NCBI GenBank assembly: GCA_024278215.1
Contig: JAJRTR010000052.1
Location: 46,303 to 66,302, forward strand
Direction of reading: 5' to 3'
Length of the DNA: 20,000 nt
Source: a bacterium
Lineage (GTDB): Bacteria; UBP15; UBA6099; JAJRTR01
The notes below the pieces were generated by a model, which saw only the letters and a list, made by a program, of their open reading frames with translations, searched no databases and was not told the DNA's origin. Both the position numbers and the translations under genes were made by a program. Shown piece after piece: positions 16,469-20,000 of the stretch; the first letter of the stretch is position 1, and the number at the start of each line of letters is the position of its first letter.

Positions 16469-18382
16469 ATGAGACTTTTGATGATACATTCAAATCCGTT
16501 TTCATTCGAGATTACGGACAAAACAAAGTTCGCGGAAGAGATAGTGCCGCCGGTTGTGGACAGGGCTGAAGTGGATAATGCGCTCGTGGTTTTTGCCGCT
16601 GTCGAGCAGCATGATGCCGTCGAGCAGGAAAAAGTTTGCGGGAAAGCTTTCGCTGAAATAAAAAAGACATACGAGAACGTGGGTGCGTCGATAATCGCTC
16701 TGTATCCATATTCACATCTTTCCAACCGGCTCGCGCCGCCCGAAGTGTCACTGCGCCTGTTGAAAAATCTGCGTGGCCTTCTGGAAGACATGCCGCTGGT
16801 TCAGTGTCCGTTCGGATGGTATAAAAAATTCAGCCTCAACGGGATCGGGCACCCTGTGAGCGAATCGAGCAGGGTGATAGAGATCGACGGTCGCCCGCGG
16901 GAACAGAAAGTTATGGGCCGTGGCCGCGAACATCCTGTCGCCGCCATGAACCAGCAGTTCCGCGAGGTCTTCCTCGAACTCGGCCTCGACGAAATGATCA
17001 ATCCGGCGATTATCGACGACTTCCACATCTACAAACAGTACGGCCCGGAAGCGCCACTTATCCTCGACAGGGTTTTCTATATCGCGGGCCTCGACCGGGC
17101 TGATATCGGACTTGGCAAAAGCAAACTCGCAATAATAAATAAAATAGTCCCCGGATTCGACAAAGAGGAACAACTGCAAGCCCTTATGCGCGAATATAAG
17201 GAAGCTCTGATCGAGGCCGACGATTTTCTCGAAGAATTTGCCCTCAGGCTGAAAATCAGCGGCGAACAGGCCGGCGAAATCCTCGAAAAAGCATTCCCCG
17301 AATTCAGGGAATTGACGCCTGTTCCCATGACGCGCACACTGCGCTCGCACATGACAAGCAACTGGTTTCCCGTGCTCCAGCGCATGAGAACTCGATCAAC
17401 GCTGCCCGTGAAACTCTTCTCCGTGGGGTCCCGTTTCAGACGCGAGCAGCGCCAGGATGCGCAACATCTCTACGAAAGCACATCCGCGTCAATTGTTGTC
17501 ATGGACAACAATGTTACGATGGAAGACGGCAAAAAGCTGTCATACGACATCCTGAAAAAAATGGGGTTCAAGCGCTGCAAATTCGTAAAGAAAAAAGTCG
17601 CCAGCCGCTACTACGATCCGGAAACGGACACAGAGATATTCGTAAATTATAAAGGAGCACAGATCGAGGTCGGTAATCTTGGCTTCTACGCGCCGGAATC
17701 ACTCAAGAACTATGACATCGATGTGCCGGTATTCAACATCGGTTTCGGTGTCGAGCGTATGGCTATGATCCTCGGCGGCGGAACCGACATCAGAGCTCTT
17801 GTATACCCGCAATTCTATGAAGAAGTATCATTCACAGACGAAGAACTCGCCGGAATGCTCACGCCATCCGAAAAACCGAAGTCGGAAGAACTCCTGAAAG
17901 CTGTGGCCGCAATGGCAGAGCTGGCACGAAAGTCGAAAGACATCACCGGTCCCGCCGAAGTCGACCTTTTCTGCGGTGATATTCAGGGGGAAAAGGTTAC
18001 TATAACCCTGTTCAATTGGGATGCCGGCAAACCGCTTCTCAGCAAAGCCGCGGAAAACGAAATAGTAGTATATGAAAACGGCATATACGGACTCCCCCCA
18101 AAAGCAGACGCCCTGGGCGGCAAATTTGTAAAAATCTACAACAACGGAGTCAAAACAGGACTGCTCTTCATAGATATGATGATCTGCGGATTCGCAGCGC
18201 GTGTTGAAAAAGCAATCGACGCGGGCGAGACCGGGCAGCTCGAGGAAAAATGGAAAGTCGCCAAAAGACCGCAACAGGTCAATCTTGAAATACCCGAAGC
18301 CGGATACGATTACGTGCAGGGTCTGCACAAGCCCATTAAAGTCGGCGGCCCGCTTTTCTGCGGCCTTCGAGCAAAGTGGTAG
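16469..18382 (+). CDS. sepS: O-phosphoseryl-tRNA synthetase (SepRS) homologue with N-terminal archaeal-type ThrRS editing domain
   Basis: About aa 1-138: MRLLMIHS..AVE..LYPYSHLS..PFGWYKKF..GHPVSESSR (archaeal ThrRS editing domain). From about aa 149: GREHP, EMINP, YKQYGPEAPLILDRVFYIAGL, TLRSHMTSNWF, LPVKLFS..RFRREQRQD..HL..SAS, SRYYDPETDTE, VPVFNIGFGVERMAMI, YPQF, NEIVVY, GPLF (SepRS signatures). Confidence 0.9.
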   Translation: MRLLMIHSNPFSFEITDKTKFAEEIVPPVVDRAEVDNALVVFAAVEQHDAVEQEKVCGKAFAEIKKTYENVGASIIALYPYSHLSNRLAPPEVSLRLLKNLRGLLEDMPLVQCPFGWYKKFSLNGIGHPVSESSRVIEIDGRPREQKVMGRGREHPVAAMNQQFREVFLELGLDEMINPAIIDDFHIYKQYGPEAPLILDRVFYIAGLDRADIGLGKSKLAIINKIVPGFDKEEQLQALMREYKEALIEADDFLEEFALRLKISGEQAGEILEKAFPEFRELTPVPMTRTLRSHMTSNWFPVLQRMRTRSTLPVKLFSVGSRFRREQRQDAQHLYESTSASIVVMDNNVTMEDGKKLSYDILKKMGFKRCKFVKKKVASRYYDPETDTEIFVNYKGAQIEVGNLGFYAPESLKNYDIDVPVFNIGFGVERMAMILGGGTDIRALVYPQFYEEVSFTDEELAGMLTPSEKPKSEELLKAVAAMAELARKSKDITGPAEVDLFCGDIQGEKVTITLFNWDAGKPLLSKAAENEIVVYENGIYGLPPKADALGGKFVKIYNNGVKTGLLFIDMMICGFAARVEKAIDAGETGQLEEKWKVAKRPQQVNLEIPEAGYDYVQGLHKPIKVGGPLFCGLRAKW

Positions 18383-18474
18383 CGCCGTCTCATCGATGCG
18401 GGTTGACCCGCATTGGGGTGAAATATGCGGTACTGTTCAGTTGTGGTTATTATGTGGCGAGGGAGCGCCCAAAC

Positions 18475-18505
18475 GAAAAAAAGCGCCAAGGGGGGCGCTT
18501 TTTTC
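18475..18505. terminator. Bidirectional Rho-independent terminator
   Basis: AAAAAAAGCGCC-aagggg-GGCGCTTTTTT: GC stem with a T-tract on both strands (6 T on +, 7 T on -). Confidence 0.85.
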
Positions 18506-18594
18506 TGAGGTATTAGTTTTAGTATTCCCCTGTCCTCGGTATGCCGTTCGACACTTTCGATGCTTCCCTGTCTGTGTGTCTCTCAACCCAGACT
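18476..18594 (-). ncRNA. Candidate ~120-nt small RNA convergent with the SepRS gene
   Basis: Bounded by a minus-strand promoter (18602-18631) and the minus-strand face of the terminator; no AUG; 5' hairpin GUCUG/CAGAC; three GGA motifs. Confidence 0.5.
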
Positions 18595-18601
18595 GGAAGT
18601 A

Positions 18602-18631
18602 ATTATACAGGGCCGTAGCGAACATGGACAA
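18602..18631 (-). promoter_or_regulatory. Putative sigma70 promoter (minus strand)
   Basis: Minus strand TTGTCC-N18-TATAAT. Confidence 0.6.
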
Positions 18632-18666
18632 TACGGGAAACAAATCAGCAAAACAACAATGCAGTT

Positions 18667-18684
18667 TTGTGATATATTTCACAA
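18667..18684. promoter_or_regulatory. Palindromic transcription-factor site, CRP-like or Rex-like
   Basis: TTGTGATATATTTCACAA contains an exact TGTGA-N6-TCACA (CRP consensus) and is one mismatch from TTGTGAA-N4-TTCACAA (Rex consensus). Confidence 0.65.
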
Positions 18685-19075
18685 TCTACGGACAGACAGG
18701 CAAGTATCAATAACATTCACAGGCAGCCGTCAACATAAACTCCATAGGCGCGTTGAGTATCGTGTCAACGATGAAAAGACGCAACCCGGATTTCTCACAA
18801 AGAAATCCGGAAAATCGCGAGAACCCCCATTCTACTGCGTTGCGTCGGCGATTCGGGATCGGTCACATACCTGCAGTATGCTCCCTCACCATTCACTTGC
18901 CGCGCCTTGCATATCTTGCGTATTTACAAGTGCTACACGAAAGTAGTGCATACACACATTTTTCATCGTTTTGAGGTTAATGACTGGAATAAATTACAGA
19001 CCGGCCCTGCGTGTCTTTATAGGAAAAACTGAATTCTGACAAAAATTCAGAAACGAACATGTTCAGTTGCAAATA

Positions 19076-19084
19076 TGCTATAAT
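19076..19084 (+). promoter_or_regulatory. Extended -10 promoter element upstream of the secreted repeat protein
   Basis: TGcTATAAT in an AT-rich region about 85 nt before ATG 19169. Confidence 0.55.
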
Positions 19085-19168
19085 AAATGTATGATTAGCA
19101 GGTTTTTCCTATTATCCCATAATATCCAGAATGCTATTTTAACAATCAGTTTTCCGGGGAGTTCAAGG

Positions 19169-20000
19169 ATGAAATACTTTAAGGTAATATTTATTTTATT
19201 TTTAATATCTACCGCCGCAACAACTGCTTATGCGGCTGTTCCCGCCCTGATAAATTACCAGGGGCATCTCAAGGAAAGCGGTTCGGCGGTCAGCGGGACA
19301 AAAAACATCGAATTCAAGTTATATGATGCGCTGTCGGGCGGCTCGGAGTTGTGCGCGTCCGGTGCGCAGAGCTTAACAGTCACAAACGGACTGTTCTCGT
19401 ATAAAATCGGCTCTTCCGGTTGCGACTTGACTGCCGTTGACCTGAGCAGTGCTGTCTATCTCGAGATCATTGTCGAAGGCACTACCCTTTCACCAAGGGA
19501 ACAGGTGACAGGTGCGGCATATTCTGTCGAAACGGAAGCGGTAAACGTGGAATTCACACCATCCGGGGGGCTGTCCGCGACAGATGTTCAATCCGCGATT
19601 GAAGAACTCGATGCTGAAAAGCTTTCCGCCGCCGGCGATGCAATGACCAGCGACCTGAACGTCGGCGCGAATGTGCTTGTAGCAGGTGACATCACGGCAG
19701 CGACGGGAACGATTTCGGCGGCGAGTTTCTCCGGCGACGGCAGCGCACTCACGGGTATCAGTTCGACAGACAATACGAAAGTGCTGAAAACCGGTGACGT
19801 AATGACGGGCGACCTCGAAGTGAATTCCGACATAATTGCATCGGGCAATATTACGGCAGCGACGGGAACGATTTCGGCGAATGCTTTCTCCGGCGACGGT
19901 TCAGCTTTAACAGGGATAGTTGTATCAGGTTCTGTTGCGAAAACCGGCGACGCGATGACAGGCGATCTGAATGTCGGCGCGAATGTGCTTGTAGCAGGTG
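19169..20000 (+). CDS. Secreted tail-fibre/adhesin-like repeat protein (3' truncated by window; absent from the ORF track)
   Basis: Open from ATG 19169 to the window end. MKYFKVIFILFLISTAATTAYA signal peptide, AVPALINYQGHL..FKLYDALSGG..GLFS..YLEI..LSPR domain, then 51-53 aa repeats GDxMTxDL...ITAATGTISAxxFSGDGSALTGI. RBS GGGGAG upstream. Confidence 0.85.
   Translation, partial: MKYFKVIFILFLISTAATTAYAAVPALINYQGHLKESGSAVSGTKNIEFKLYDALSGGSELCASGAQSLTVTNGLFSYKIGSSGCDLTAVDLSSAVYLEIIVEGTTLSPREQVTGAAYSVETEAVNVEFTPSGGLSATDVQSAIEELDAEKLSAAGDAMTSDLNVGANVLVAGDITAATGTISAASFSGDGSALTGISSTDNTKVLKTGDVMTGDLEVNSDIIASGNITAATGTISANAFSGDGSALTGIVVSGSVAKTGDAMTGDLNVGANVLVAG

Noticed and set aside
16913-18382. PheRS alpha subunit as the identity of the synthetase
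   Set aside because: KQYGPEA..LDR.FY..GL, RSHMTS.WF, RREQ..D..HL and the C-terminal anticodon domain are SepRS-specific.
18786-18810. Perfect 10-bp hairpin CCGGATTTCT/AGAAATCCGG as a terminator or ncRNA
   Set aside because: Isolated, with no adjacent gene end; at most a solitary REP-like palindrome.
18437-18974. Short ORFs 18437-18682 (-), 18560-18946 (+) and 18753-18974 (+)
   Set aside because: No recognisable motifs or good RBS; they overlap a terminator, promoter and operator.
19054-19065. LexA (Cheo) box
   Set aside because: GAAC-N2-GTTC has the wrong spacing; the Gram-positive box is GAAC-N4-GTTC.
433-19848. Numerous antisense or alternate-frame ORFs in the track (e.g. 5510-6379, 13602-14474, 16748-17350, 19588-19848)
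   Set aside because: Shadows of well-supported genes on the opposite strand or another frame, with no independent motifs.

Overview
Bacterial chromosomal window with four parts. (1) A signalling block: the 3' end of a cheD-like gene, a CheY-like receiver, a PAS hybrid histidine kinase, a large Cache/PAS/GAF HisKA_3 kinase and a NarL/UvrY-type regulator. (2) A convergent 911-aa flagellin-family gene with two large inserts and a sigma28-type promoter about 400 bp upstream. (3) A coiled-coil hypothetical, a GT2 glycosyltransferase, a SAM methyltransferase, a DUF151/BFN nuclease and a small ORF. (4) An O-phosphoseryl-tRNA synthetase (SepRS) homologue fused to an archaeal-type ThrRS editing domain, then the truncated start of a secreted tail-fibre-like repeat protein. 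The SepRS locus is the highlight: a normally archaeal indirect Cys-tRNA enzyme in a bacterial context, with an altered anticodon-recognition motif (ExE to NxD). It is preceded by a ~160-nt rod-like structured leader that starts at a predicted sigma70 TSS. It is followed by a convergent candidate sRNA with its own promoter, a CRP/Rex-like box and a terminator. Intergenic regions carry several REP/MITE-like repeats. All assignments come from motif recognition by eye; no searches were run.
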